From Pseudomonadota bacterium (GTDB taxonomy: Bacteria; Pseudomonadota; Gammaproteobacteria; SURF-13): 64,000 nucleotides of DNA. Positions 40,438 to 50,590 of the stretch are shown here, piece after piece. The notes below the pieces were generated by a model that saw only the letters and a list, made by a program, of their open reading frames with translations, had not been told where the DNA came from and did no database searches. Made by a program: the position numbers and the translations under genes. The DNA lies in the NCBI GenBank assembly GCA_027624315.1, contig JAQBXX010000002.1, positions 7,852 through 71,851 on the forward strand. Reading direction: 5' to 3'. Each line of letters opens with the position of its first letter. The stretch's first letter is position 1.

Positions 40438-41088
40438 CTATTTATGACATGCCCAGCAATCGCCGGGGCCGCCGTTCTTCTCGTGACACGACACGCACCA
40501 GCCCATGGTCATGGGCTTGATCTTCTTCGCCACCGTCATGGTGCGCAGATCGCCGTGGCAGGCGGCGCAGACGGGCGCGACGGTGTCCACGGAGAGATTC
40601 TGCACCAGTTCGTCATTGTCGAAGATGAATTTCTTCAGATGCTTCTCATGCGTGAAGTGCACGAAGTCGGGCACGTCATGTACCTTCTTCCACGGCACTG
40701 GCTGCTTCTTTTCCCAGTACTCGGTGAGCTGCTTGATGCGCGGCTTGTCCGTCGCGATCACGCTGTGACAGCCCATGCACTTGCTGGTGGGCGGGATGCC
40801 GGCCACCTTGCTGCGCCGGGCATAGGTGTGGCAATAAAGACAATTGATCTTGTTGACGGCAGTGTGAATATCGTGTGGAAACTCAATGGGTTGAGCAACA
40901 TCCTTGCCCGCATGCGCACCCTCGGGCGCGACGGGATATTTAATGCTCGCCGGTGCGGCGGTATCGGCACTGGCCGGCATGGCCCAAACCAGCGCGAGCG
41001 CAACCAGCAGGGCGCCGCACCCTTGCCGGGCAGGCTCGCGTTTTGCTCTATCCAACTGAATCCATCGCATTGCGTAAATCTCCCACAC
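40438..41088 (-). CDS. actA: Alternative complex III pentaheme cytochrome c subunit ActA
   Basis: Five CxxCH motifs (CLYCH, CMGCH, CAACH, CVSCH, CWACH) and an N-terminal signal anchor. Confidence 0.8.
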   Translation of the reverse strand: MWEIYAMRWIQLDRAKREPARQGCGALLVALALVWAMPASADTAAPASIKYPVAPEGAHAGKDVAQPIEFPHDIHTAVNKINCLYCHTYARRSKVAGIPPTSKCMGCHSVIATDKPRIKQLTEYWEKKQPVPWKKVHDVPDFVHFTHEKHLKKFIFDNDELVQNLSVDTVAPVCAACHGDLRTMTVAKKIKPMTMGWCVSCHEKNGGPGDCWACHK

Positions 41089-41465
41089 CTTGAACGCTCA
41101 CGCCAAACCGCACACACCACCTTGAGGCGGCAGGCCTGCCGCCCAAGGGTGTTACCCATTAACTCCAAGGGTGATTGTGCTTCCTGATCCAGCGGCGCCT
41201 GCTGCGCCACGCTACTGCTCCTGCCTGACGCCGAATGGCCATCCCGGAATTCATTATCATTATCGAAAGGTTTTCAATTACAGCAAAGCTCACAATCCAT
41301 GTCAATACAGATGCAAAATGATCCCTGTGCCCGCCAAAAACCGGGCGCTCTGGGCTATACTGCGGGTCATTTACATCTCGACGGGGGGCGTCCCCACGCA
41401 ATCGGGACGCCATTCTAGGGCATGAAATAATTGCGCACAAGCAGGCGAGCAACCCGGAGTACGGC

Positions 41466-42161
41466 ATGACAAAACCAAAGGCACCCTCCCGCCCTGCGCG
41501 GGGGGCCAAGGCAAGCAGCGATCTGCGCACGCTGTTCGCGCCCACGCGACGTTCCTCCATGGCGCTCTACTCCGGCGTCGACTGCCCATACAGCCACCGC
41601 ACCCGCATGGTGCTGTACGAAAAAAACATCAGCGCAGAGGTCATCATCGTCACAGCGGAGAACCTGCCACACGAAGTGGCCGGCCTCAATCCTTACCACA
41701 GCCTGCCCATGCTGATGGATCGTGACCTCGCGCTCTACCACTCGCCGATCATCATGGACTATCTCGATGAGCGCTTCCCGCACCCGCCGCTGATGCCCAT
41801 CGATCCGATCTCTCGCGCGCGCACCCGCCTCATTCTGTATCGCATCGAACGCGACTGGTACAGCGCGCTGGAAATCTTGGAAGGCAAACCTGACCGGCAC
41901 CAGGCCACACGCGCGCGCAAGATATTGCGCGAGAGCCTCACCACCAGCGCCCCGCTGTTTGCGCAGAAACCGTTTTTCCTGAGCGACGAACTGTCGATGG
42001 TGGATTGCAGCCTGGCGCCGCTGTTATGGCGCCTGCCCCATTACGGCGTGGAGCTTCCGCCACAGGCCAAGGCGGTAGAGCAGTATGCCGAACGGCTGTT
42101 TGCGCGCGAGTCATTCCAGTCCAGTCTCACCGAGATTGAGCGCGAGATGCGCGAAAGCTAA
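41466..42161 (+). CDS. sspA: Stringent starvation protein A (GST-like RNA polymerase-associated protein)
   Basis: Matches SspA throughout (YSHRTRMVLYEKNISAEVI, LDERFPHPPLMP, ERDWYSALE, SDELSMVDCSLAPLLWRLPHYGVE). The true start could be an internal Met at about 41559. Confidence 0.85.
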   Translation: MTKPKAPSRPARGAKASSDLRTLFAPTRRSSMALYSGVDCPYSHRTRMVLYEKNISAEVIIVTAENLPHEVAGLNPYHSLPMLMDRDLALYHSPIIMDYLDERFPHPPLMPIDPISRARTRLILYRIERDWYSALEILEGKPDRHQATRARKILRESLTTSAPLFAQKPFFLSDELSMVDCSLAPLLWRLPHYGVELPPQAKAVEQYAERLFARESFQSSLTEIEREMRES

Positions 42162-42388
42162 CAGGATGTTGAAAAAGTCCGTCCAGGACTTTTTCAACCC
42201 GGCCGCTCCTGCGCATCCCTGCGCCCGCGGCATTGGGGCGTCCTGCCCGGCACAAAGCAAAAAATGTGCTTTATTGCTTTGCTTCATTTTCCAAACACTT
42301 GGGTGTTTGGAAAATGGCGGTACATCCATGTACCGCACCGCAGGGTGCTGAAAAAAGAGTTTTTCAACACCCTGCTAACGGAGACCGC

Positions 42389-42793
42389 ATGAGCATACCT
42401 ACGTCCGAAATGAATTCGAGCCGTCCCTATTTGCTGCGCGCGCTGTATGACTGGATATTGGACAACGGCCTCACCCCTCACCTGCTGGCGAACGCCGCTG
42501 CCCCCGATGTACACGTACCGGCGCAGCACGTGAAAGACAGCCGCATCGTGCTCAATATCGCACCCTATGCCGTGCATGATCTGCGCCTGGGCAATGAACG
42601 TGTCGAATTCAGCGCGCGTTTCGGCGGCGTGGCGACGGGAATTGTCTTGCCGGTATCCGCTGTGCTCGCCATCTACGCCGTGGAAAACGGCCAAGGCATG
42701 GTGTTCAACACCGAGGAGGGCAGCCCGACCCCGCATGGCACGGCGCCGGAGACACCGCCTTCCGGCAAACCCAAACTCAAGCTGGTAACTTAG
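42389..42793 (+). CDS. sspB: ClpXP protease specificity-enhancing factor SspB
   Basis: MSIPTSEMNSSRPYLLRALYDWILDNGLTPHLL matches the SspB N-domain. An RBS GGAG sits 6 nt upstream. Confidence 0.85.
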   Translation: MSIPTSEMNSSRPYLLRALYDWILDNGLTPHLLANAAAPDVHVPAQHVKDSRIVLNIAPYAVHDLRLGNERVEFSARFGGVATGIVLPVSAVLAIYAVENGQGMVFNTEEGSPTPHGTAPETPPSGKPKLKLVT

Positions 42794-42797
42794 GTGC

Positions 42798-42890
42798 AGT
42801 TACTAGTGGCTAGTAGCGAGTAGCTAGGGAAAGAAAATAGGGCATTTGCATGGTTTCTCTAGCCCCTCGCTACTAGCTACTCGCTACTAA
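42798..42890. terminator. Long imperfect inverted repeat built of TAGTAGCGAG/TAGCTAG units between the convergent sspB and dolP (probable bidirectional terminator/REP)
   Basis: The left arm AGTTACTAGTGGCTAGTAGCGAGTAGCTAGGG and the right arm CCCTCGCTACTAGCTACTCGCTACTAAT flank a ~33-nt loop. Confidence 0.4.
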
Positions 42891-43465
42891 TCAAGATACT
42901 CAAACAGCTTCACCACCCGCTGCACACCATCGGTGTGCCCCGCGATCCCGGTGGCCACATCCGCTTCGGCATGATTCACCAGACCCATCAAATATACCAC
43001 GCCGTTTTCCGTGACCACCTTGACGCGCGTCGGATTGAACTCCTTGGTGCCGACCATCTTGCTTTTTATTTTCGTGGTCACCAACGTGTCACTGCTGCGC
43101 GAGACAAGCGAACTCGGCGCCGCCACCGTCAACTCGTTATGCACCTTCTTCACCTTTTCGACGCGACCCGCCATCTCCTCGGCGCGTTTGCGCAAGGCAT
43201 CGCCCGGCGTTTCGCCGCTCAGCAGCACCGCACCGTTGTAGCTCGTCACATTGATGTGGCTCTGTGCATTGAGTTCCTTGTCGCCGCGGATTGCGCTCCC
43301 TACCTTGAACTCAATGGCCTGGTCCTCGATCACCGCGCCCGCCGTGCGCTGATCGTGCGCCACCGCGACACCGGTCGCGCCGCCCGCCACGACCATCCCC
43401 GCGCAACCTTGCAACAAACCGATAACCATACCTGCCGCCAGATAAAGCGAGATTTTCGCATACAT
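42887..43465 (-). CDS. dolP: Outer-membrane lipoprotein with two BON domains (DolP/YraP)
   Basis: Lipobox LLQGC, two BON domains, and a position after diaA, as in E. coli diaA-yraP. Confidence 0.8.
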   Translation of the reverse strand: MYAKISLYLAAGMVIGLLQGCAGMVVAGGATGVAVAHDQRTAGAVIEDQAIEFKVGSAIRGDKELNAQSHINVTSYNGAVLLSGETPGDALRKRAEEMAGRVEKVKKVHNELTVAAPSSLVSRSSDTLVTTKIKSKMVGTKEFNPTRVKVVTENGVVYLMGLVNHAEADVATGIAGHTDGVQRVVKLFEYLD

Positions 43466-43469
43466 AAAC

Positions 43470-44072
<603 letters not shown>

Positions 44073-44103
44073 TCATGAGTTCATTATGAAGGTTACACCC
44101 TCC

Positions 44104-44215
44104 GCCTCGTACCCGCCCCTTATTTAGGGGGCGGGACAGGTGGGGGTAGAGTAAACACGGTATTGACTCTGGAGTCACAAAGTAAGACATGCTGTCTTAC
44201 TTTGTGACTCCAGAG
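44104..44215. repeat. REP family A core copy (ACCCGCCCCTTATTTAGGGGGCGGGACAGGTGGGGGTAGAGTAAACACGG) followed by a perfect 25-bp-stem palindrome GACTCTGGAGTCACAAAGTAAGACA-TGC-TGTCTTACTTTGTGACTCCAGAGTC
   Basis: The diaA-yraN spacer. The palindrome arms are exact reverse complements. Confidence 0.5.
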
Positions 44216-44593
44216 TCAGTTTGCCTCAAAGGCGTTCCGTATCCATTCAACAGCCTCTTCATGCACACCCGGCGCAAGCGCCATCACATCGAACCGGCAC
44301 GGCTGTCTGCGCGCGACCGGGTGCCGCTGCAGATAGTGTAACGCAGCGGCGATCAGTTTGGCCTGTTTGCGCGCGTCCACGCTGGCAGCGGCCCCGCCGA
44401 AGTTCGTGCCCGTGCGGTAACGTACCTCGACAAACACCAGCGTCTGTTGTTCACGCATGATGAGATCGATCTCGCCGTGCGTGCAGCGGTAATTGCGCTC
44501 CACCAGTTGCAACCCGTGACGTTGCAAATACGCACAGGCCTCGGCCTCGGCCTGCTCGCCGCGTGCGGCGCGCGTATCCGCAGTCGCCATCAA
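44216..44593 (-). CDS. yraN: UPF0102 family protein YraN (endonuclease-like)
   Basis: 125 aa with the conserved GEIDLIMRE..LVFVEVRYR core. Confidence 0.8.
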   Translation of the reverse strand: MMATADTRAARGEQAEAEACAYLQRHGLQLVERNYRCTHGEIDLIMREQQTLVFVEVRYRTGTNFGGAAASVDARKQAKLIAAALHYLQRHPVARRQPCRFDVMALAPGVHEEAVEWIRNAFEAN

Positions 44594-46581
44594 CGCGGCG
44601 GCCCTGCGCCGGTATCCACCAGGCGTGGGACACCGTTCTCGAAACGCGCCCAGATCGGCTGCCGGTGCAGGCGGCGCGCCTCGTCCAGACGCAGGCTGCC
44701 GGTGTCGCCTTCAAAACGTTCCGCGCTGGAATTCTGCAGGCGCGGCAGTTGCGCAATCACGCGGTAGGCATCCACGCCGAGTGCATACAGGCGGCGCAGC
44801 GCATAAAAGGTCTCGCCCTTCTGCGCCAGCAGCGCGTCACTCAGCGCCTTTTGCGGCGTGTCGTCCGCCAGCACCCACGGCATGTCGCTGAAGAAGATGC
44901 CGTCCAGGTCCTGATCCGGGTCGGGATCGGGTTTGGCGCCGTAGAGATGCGAGGTGGCGTACACCGGCAGATCGAAGGCGTAATAGTAACGCAATTGCGG
45001 ATGGATGATGCGTGCCTGATGCGGCAGCGCCGCGAGGAAAATAAAGTCAGCATCCTGCCGCCGGGTCGGCTTTTCTTTTTTATCCTTGCCAGCGCCCTTG
45101 CTCATGTCCTTACCCGCGACTTTGCGCGCGTCTTTGGCAACTTCTTCGGCAGTGCGGTAGTCGAGCAGTTTGCGGATGGGGCCGCCAACGTCCTGCGCCT
45201 CGGGCGCATAGGACTGGTGCGCAACCACGATACCGCCGAGGCGTTCCAGATGGTCGCGGAACGCGCGCAGGATGCGCTCGCCCCACTCGCCCTCCGGCGT
45301 GAGCACGAGCGCACGCGTGTGGCCGTCGAGCCAGGCGCGTTCGGCGGCCTGGCTCGCCTCGTCCTCCGGCGCGAGACCGAACTCGTAGAGATTGGCCGGC
45401 AGCACGGCGCTGTCTTCATTGTAGTTCAGCGCCAGTGTCGGCACCGGTAACGAACCCAGCGTATACAGGGCCTTGACGCCGCCCTTGTCGAGTGGGCCCA
45501 CCACAAAGGCGGCACCCTCCCGGCGTGCCTGCTCATACGCGGAAAGCACTTCGATAGATGATGCGTCAGTGTCTACAGCACCCACGTCGTACACATGCAC
45601 CGCAGCGCCTCCCGCCTGCGCCTTCGCGGCAGCCATGAAGCCGTCGCGCACTGCACTGCCTGCGGCGGCCAACGGCCCGGTGAGCGGTAACAGCAACGCT
45701 ATCGGCGTCACGCTACCGGTATAAGCCATTGCATTGTCCGCAGGCGTGACTTGTGCAGGTGTAGCTGCGACCATGCGCGGAACACTGTCACGCAACCAGG
45801 CGATGGTTTCATCACTCGCCGGATGATTGCGGTAACGCCCGCGCCACTCGGCAATGTGCCGGGTAAATGCCGCAGTGTCCTGCGCCGACGCCCGCGCAAT
45901 ACGCACCAGCTCCGCCCACCCACTCAGACTGTCCGAGGGCCTGCGCGCCGCCAGCCTGCTCAGCTCAGGGTCGGGCACATCAGCGAGACCATGTACGATG
46001 GCCTGCTGGTTGTCGCGCCGTTGAGCGGCATCGGTGAGCAGCGGCTCCAGCGCCACACGTTCGCGCGCCGCATCGAGAGGGCGCTTCAGTTGCACCAGCG
46101 CCTCGGCGCGCAATACGTGGATGTCCGCCTGTAGCTGCGACGCCTGCTTCGGCGCACTCACATTCTTGAGTGCAGCCAGTGCAGAGGGCGGATTTCCTTC
46201 CGCCAACGCGATGCGCGCCTCCAGCAATTGCCTCTGTGTCCATAACGCCGCATCCAGACCCTTGCCATCCAGCCGCTGCAGCTCGGCACGCGCACGTTGC
46301 GGCGCACCTGCGCGCAGCCAGTCTTGCACCACACTGAGGCGATACACATCACGCTTGGGCGGTGCGGTGCTTGCCGCAAGACGCTCCCACTCCTCCGCCG
46401 CGGCCTGAAAATCGCCCACGTTTTCCAGCGCCTGCGCCTTCTGCACCGTGACCACGGGCGGCTGTTGCGGCGTGGGCTTTACCGCTACACTGAACGGCAT
46501 ATCGGCGCAGCCCGCAAGGGTCAGCACCAGAATTGCCGTCAGACCAAGGGTTTTTGTTTGCATCATTTGTCCGGCATACAT
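44590..46581 (-). CDS. lpoA: Penicillin-binding protein activator LpoA (YraM)
   Basis: 663 aa lipoprotein (LTLAGC lipobox) with an N-terminal TPR-like region and a C-terminal periplasmic-binding-protein-like domain. It is divergent to rsmI. Confidence 0.8.
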   Translation of the reverse strand: MYAGQMMQTKTLGLTAILVLTLAGCADMPFSVAVKPTPQQPPVVTVQKAQALENVGDFQAAAEEWERLAASTAPPKRDVYRLSVVQDWLRAGAPQRARAELQRLDGKGLDAALWTQRQLLEARIALAEGNPPSALAALKNVSAPKQASQLQADIHVLRAEALVQLKRPLDAARERVALEPLLTDAAQRRDNQQAIVHGLADVPDPELSRLAARRPSDSLSGWAELVRIARASAQDTAAFTRHIAEWRGRYRNHPASDETIAWLRDSVPRMVAATPAQVTPADNAMAYTGSVTPIALLLPLTGPLAAAGSAVRDGFMAAAKAQAGGAAVHVYDVGAVDTDASSIEVLSAYEQARREGAAFVVGPLDKGGVKALYTLGSLPVPTLALNYNEDSAVLPANLYEFGLAPEDEASQAAERAWLDGHTRALVLTPEGEWGERILRAFRDHLERLGGIVVAHQSYAPEAQDVGGPIRKLLDYRTAEEVAKDARKVAGKDMSKGAGKDKKEKPTRRQDADFIFLAALPHQARIIHPQLRYYYAFDLPVYATSHLYGAKPDPDPDQDLDGIFFSDMPWVLADDTPQKALSDALLAQKGETFYALRRLYALGVDAYRVIAQLPRLQNSSAERFEGDTGSLRLDEARRLHRQPIWARFENGVPRLVDTGAGPPR

Positions 46582-46602
46582 GGCGTGGCAGTATCTTAGT
46601 GA

Positions 46603-47463
46603 GTGTGCAGCGTGTCAATTGAACAGGGTGTACTGTACGTGGTGGCGACGCCCCTCGGCAACCTCGGCGACCTGAGTCCGCGCGCGCAGGAGACGCTGGC
46701 GCAGGTCGCGCTCATCGCCGCCGAAGACACACGGCACAGCGCCCGGCTGCTGCACCACTTCGGCATCAAGACGCCGCTCATTGCACTGCACGAACACAAC
46801 GAGCGCGAACGCAGCGCCGAACTCATCGCGCGGCTCAAGGCCGGTGACGCGCTCGCGCTGATCTCCGACGCCGGCACGCCGCTCATCTCCGACCCCGGTT
46901 ACACCCTGGTGCGCGCGGCGCATGCAGAGCGCCTGCGCGTATGCCCGATCCCCGGCCCGTGCGCGCTCATCGCCGCGCTCTCCGCCTCCGGCCTGCCTTC
47001 CGACCGCTTTGTCTTCGAAGGTTTTTTGCCCGCGCGCGCAACGGCGCGGCGCACGCACCTCGCCACGCTGCAACACGAAACGCGCACGCTGATTTTTTAC
47101 GAAGCGCCACACCGCCTGCAGGACAGCCTGAGCGACCTGTGTGCCGTGTTCGGCACGGAACGTCAGGCCGTGCTGGCGCGCGAACTCACCAAGATATTTG
47201 AAACCGTTCGCAACGACAGCCTGCAGGGACTGTGTGATTTTGTACACGCCGACCCGCAGCAGCAGAAAGGCGAGTGCGTCATCCTGGTGCACGGCGCACC
47301 CGTCCCGCTCGCTTCGGAACATGACAGCGAAACGCTGCTGCGCGCGCTGCTGACCGAACTGCCGGTGAAACAGGCCGTGCGGCTCGCGGCGGCCATCAGC
47401 GGCGTTAAAAAAAATGATCTTTATGAGCTTGCGCTGCGGTTACACACGAGACACAACTTGTAA
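46603..47463 (+). CDS. rsmI: 16S rRNA (cytidine1402-2'-O)-methyltransferase
   Basis: LYVVATPLGNLGDLSPRAQETL...AAEDTR, a tetrapyrrole-methylase fold. Confidence 0.9.
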   Translation: MCSVSIEQGVLYVVATPLGNLGDLSPRAQETLAQVALIAAEDTRHSARLLHHFGIKTPLIALHEHNERERSAELIARLKAGDALALISDAGTPLISDPGYTLVRAAHAERLRVCPIPGPCALIAALSASGLPSDRFVFEGFLPARATARRTHLATLQHETRTLIFYEAPHRLQDSLSDLCAVFGTERQAVLARELTKIFETVRNDSLQGLCDFVHADPQQQKGECVILVHGAPVPLASEHDSETLLRALLTELPVKQAVRLAAAISGVKKNDLYELALRLHTRHNL

Positions 47464-47496
47464 TATCCTGCATAACTGTGTCTCGTGTGTAAATAC

Positions 47497-47563
47497 CGTT
47501 TTACACTACCCCCACCCTGTCCCGTCCCCTAAACAGGGGGCGGGAACGTAGCGGGAACTGTCA
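47497..47563. repeat. REP family A core copy (reverse orientation)
   Basis: CCGTTTTACACTACCCCCACCCTGTCCCGTCCCCTAAACAGGGGGCGGGAACGTAGCGGGAACTGTCACC in the rsmI-moaA spacer. A hairpin CACACGAGACACAAC..CTGTGTCTCGTGTG precedes it across the rsmI stop. Confidence 0.5.
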
Positions 47564-47596
47564 CCTCACTTATGAGTTTACGAGTAAAATACATCC

Positions 47597-48577
47597 ATGC
47601 CTGCACTCATCGACACGTTTGGCCGCCGCATCGACTACGTACGCCTGTCGGTCACCGACCGCTGCGACCTGCGCTGCACCTACTGCCTGCCGCAGGGCTT
47701 CAAGGACTTTGAGGAACATGAGCACTGGCTCACCTTCGACGAAATCGAACGCGTGCTGCGCGCCTTCGGCGAGCTCGGCGTGGCGCGCGTGCGCATCACC
47801 GGCGGCGAACCGCTGCTGCGCAAGAATCTCACGCAACTTGCAGCGCGCCTCTCCGCTCTGCCCGGCATTGAGGATTTATCGCTCAGCACCAACGCCACGC
47901 AGTTACCGAAGCACGCGCACGCCCTCAGACAAGCCGGCGTAACGCGCATCAACGTGAGCCTCGACAGCCTTGATCCGCAACGCTTCCATGAAATCACCGG
48001 CGGCCGCCTGCAAGACGTGCTCGACGGACTCATGGCCGCCAAGGACGCCGGCCTGCATCCCGTCAAGATCAACATGGTGGCCATGCGCGGCGTGAACGAT
48101 GACGAGATTGATGACATGGTGGAATTTTGCATCGTGCATGATTTCACACTGCGCCTCATCGAGACCATGCCCGTGGGGAACACGGGGCGCGCGGCGACGG
48201 ATCACTATCTTGACCTGCAAGACGTAAAAAAACGTCTCGAACAAACCTATGAACTCATCCCGAGCGTGATGCCGGGCGGCGGACCGGCGCGTTACGTGCA
48301 GGTCGCGGGCACGGAACTGCGCATCGGCTTTATCACGCCCATCTCGCAGCATTTCTGCGCCACCTGCAATCGCGTGCGCCTGAGCGTGGACGGCACGCTG
48401 TATCTGTGCCTCGGACAAGAAGACAAACTCGAATTGCGCCCGTTGCTGCGCGGCGGCATCAGCGATGCAGAACTCAAGCACGCCATCGTCGCGGCCATCG
48501 CGCGCAAGCCAGAGAAGCATGAGTTCCGCGAAAAACCCGAACAGATCATCCGCTTCATGTCCATGACCGGAGGATGA
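47597..48577 (+). CDS. moaA: GTP 3',8-cyclase (molybdenum cofactor biosynthesis protein A)
   Basis: Radical-SAM CDLRCTYC motif and a C-terminal auxiliary cluster [18 protein letters not shown]. 326 aa. Confidence 0.9.
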   Translation: MPALIDTFGRRIDYVRLSVTDRCDLRCTYCLPQGFKDFEEHEHWLTFDEIERVLRAFGELGVARVRITGGEPLLRKNLTQLAARLSALPGIEDLSLSTNATQLPKHAHALRQAGVTRINVSLDSLDPQRFHEITGGRLQDVLDGLMAAKDAGLHPVKINMVAMRGVNDDEIDDMVEFCIVHDFTLRLIETMPVGNTGRAATDHYLDLQDVKKRLEQTYELIPSVMPGGGPARYVQVAGTELRIGFITPISQHFCATCNRVRLSVDGTLYLCLGQEDKLELRPLLRGGISDAELKHAIVAAIARKPEKHEFREKPEQIIRFMSMTGG

Positions 48578-49233
48578 CCATGGACACCGGGCGCCCCACA
48601 CTGACGCTGCCGCAGAGTGCAGCACGCGTGCTGCTGCACTCGTGCTGCGCGCCGTGCGCGGCGGACGTCATGAGCGAAATGACGCGGTCCGGGATTGATT
48701 ACACGATCTTGTTCTACAACCCCAACATCCACCCGCAACACGAGTACGAGTTGCGCAAAACCGAAAACAAGCGTTACGCGGAAAAGCTCGGTGTGCCGTT
48801 TGTCGATCTCGATTACGACACCGATAACTGGTTTGCGCGCATCAAGGGGCTGGAATACGAACCTGAGCGCGGAGCGCGCTGCACCGCGTGCTTCGACATG
48901 CGCTTCGAGCGCAGCGCGCTGTATGCCGTCGAACACGGCTATCCGATCTTCACCAGTTCGCTCGGTATCTCGCGCTGGAAAGACATGGAACAGATCAACG
49001 GCTGCGGCGAACGCGCCGCGGCACGCTATCCCGAGCTCACCTACTGGACCTTCAACTGGCGCAAGGGCGGCGGCAGTGCGCGCACCGTGGAAATTTCCAA
49101 ACAGGAACAGTTCTACCAGCAGGAATACTGCGGCTGCATCTACTCACTGCGCGACACCAACCTGCACCGCCGCGCGCAGGGCCGCGAGAAAATAAAATTC
49201 GGCGTAAAGTTTTACGGGAAAGACACGGCATAG
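48574..49233 (+). CDS. queH: Epoxyqueuosine reductase QueH (DUF208)
   Basis: [13 protein letters not shown]...YNPNI and the C-terminal CGC motif. Confidence 0.85.
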   Translation: MTMDTGRPTLTLPQSAARVLLHSCCAPCAADVMSEMTRSGIDYTILFYNPNIHPQHEYELRKTENKRYAEKLGVPFVDLDYDTDNWFARIKGLEYEPERGARCTACFDMRFERSALYAVEHGYPIFTSSLGISRWKDMEQINGCGERAAARYPELTYWTFNWRKGGGSARTVEISKQEQFYQQEYCGCIYSLRDTNLHRRAQGREKIKFGVKFYGKDTA

Positions 49234-49302
49234 CGGACGCTGGCTACCCGGCGAGAACGCGCGCCCTGAAAACCGGAATTCCCGTCAGCGCCCTGATCTG
49301 CC

Positions 49303-49788
49303 ATGACCATCACCATCATACTCTGGCTACTCGCCGTCGCGCTGATAGTGCTCGGGTTGGTGGGGCTGCTGCTCCCGGCCATACCCGGTGCGCCGGTGCT
49401 GTTTGCGGGTCTCGTGCTGGCGGCGTGGGCCGAAGACTTCGCCTATGTGGGCTGGGGCACGTTGTCGGTGCTGGGCGTGCTGGCACTGCTCACTTACCTC
49501 GCCGACTTCGTGGCCAGCGCGTTCGGCGCCCAACGCTTCGGTGCGTCACCACGCGCGGTGACGGGTGCGATCATCGGCTCCGTCGTCGGCTTGTTCTTCG
49601 GTCTGCCGGGGGTATTGCTCGGACCCTTCATAGGCGCGGTCATCGGCGAGCTCTCCACCCAGCGCCACCTCGGCGCCGCAGGGCGGGCGGGCATCGGTGC
49701 AACCGTGGGGCTGGTACTGGGTGTCGCGGCCAAATTGGCGCTGACCTTGGCCATGCTCGGCGTATTTGCCATCGCCCGCCTGACGTGA
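49303..49788 (+). CDS. DUF456 family membrane protein
   Basis: 161 aa with four glycine-rich TM helices. Confidence 0.65.
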   Translation: MTITIILWLLAVALIVLGLVGLLLPAIPGAPVLFAGLVLAAWAEDFAYVGWGTLSVLGVLALLTYLADFVASAFGAQRFGASPRAVTGAIIGSVVGLFFGLPGVLLGPFIGAVIGELSTQRHLGAAGRAGIGATVGLVLGVAAKLALTLAMLGVFAIARLT

Positions 49789-49797
49789 CGCGGTTAA

Positions 49798-49874
<77 letters not shown>

Positions 49875-49958
49875 GAGAAAGGGGAATACCACGGACGTTA
49901 AGTAAAAACGGGCCCGGTGTCTTGGCTGTCTGAGTGCCCGATTGTTTTTGGACCCGGT

Positions 49959-50426
49959 TTATACGGCCTGCCTGGATTCCGTCTGTGCGCCGGAGGCATT
50001 GCGCACGCGGATGATCACCTCTATCCCGGCAGCGACCGTGCCTTCGGGCAGGGAGGGCAGCGCGCTGATCGAAAGCTGGTCGGCGCCGACATCCATCAAG
50101 GTGCCGGTATCGAGGTTATAAAAGTGGTGATGCGGCCCGGTGTTGGAGTCGTACAGCACACGCGTGGGGTCGACGATGACCTCATTGATCAGGCCCTGCT
50201 CGGCAAACGTCCGCAGCGTGTTATAGACCGTGGCCTTCGACGCAAGCGGGCGCTCTTTGTTCACCAGCGCCAGTATCTGTTCGGCCGACAGGTGTTGCGG
50301 GCGGGCGAGCAGCAATTGCGCGATTTCGATGCGCTGCTGCGTGGGGTTGATGCCGCGCGCGCGCAACAATGCCGCAACTTCGTCTCGGCTCATGGGAGGG
50401 TTGTCAGACTGATCCAGCATGCTCAC
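49959..50426 (-). CDS. Fur-family transcriptional regulator
   Basis: 155 aa with a winged-helix N-terminus (LRARGINPTQQRIEIAQLL, TVYNTL) and the HHHF metal site. Confidence 0.8.
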   Translation of the reverse strand: MSMLDQSDNPPMSRDEVAALLRARGINPTQQRIEIAQLLLARPQHLSAEQILALVNKERPLASKATVYNTLRTFAEQGLINEVIVDPTRVLYDSNTGPHHHFYNLDTGTLMDVGADQLSISALPSLPEGTVAAGIEVIIRVRNASGAQTESRQAV

Positions 50427-50439
50427 AGTATAAGATGAA

Positions 50440-50590
50440 GGTTTGATGACTCACAAGCAAATAAGTAAAGCTACACTTCCCGCTACGTCCCCGCCCCCTG
50501 TTTAGGGGGCGGGACAGGGTGGGGGTAGGGTAAACACGTTATTAATCAGGAGACACACTAATGGACGACACGCATTAGTGTGTCTCCTGA
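50440..50590. repeat. REP family A core copy (full length) plus a flanking 21-bp-stem hairpin TTAATCAGGAGACACACTAATG-N9-CATTAGTGTGTCTCCTGATTAA
   Basis: GCTACACTTCCCGCTACGTCCCCGCCCCCTGTTTAGGGGGCGGGACAGGGTGGGGGTAGGGTAAACACG in the fur-thiO spacer. Confidence 0.5.

Noticed and set aside
41089-41465. Possible regulatory protein-binding palindromes in the actA/sspA divergent promoter region (e.g. GGCGTCCCCACGCAATCGGGACGCC)
   Set aside because: A hairpin is visible, but I could not match it to a known operator consensus (FNR, Fur, etc.) with confidence, so it is not called as a feature.
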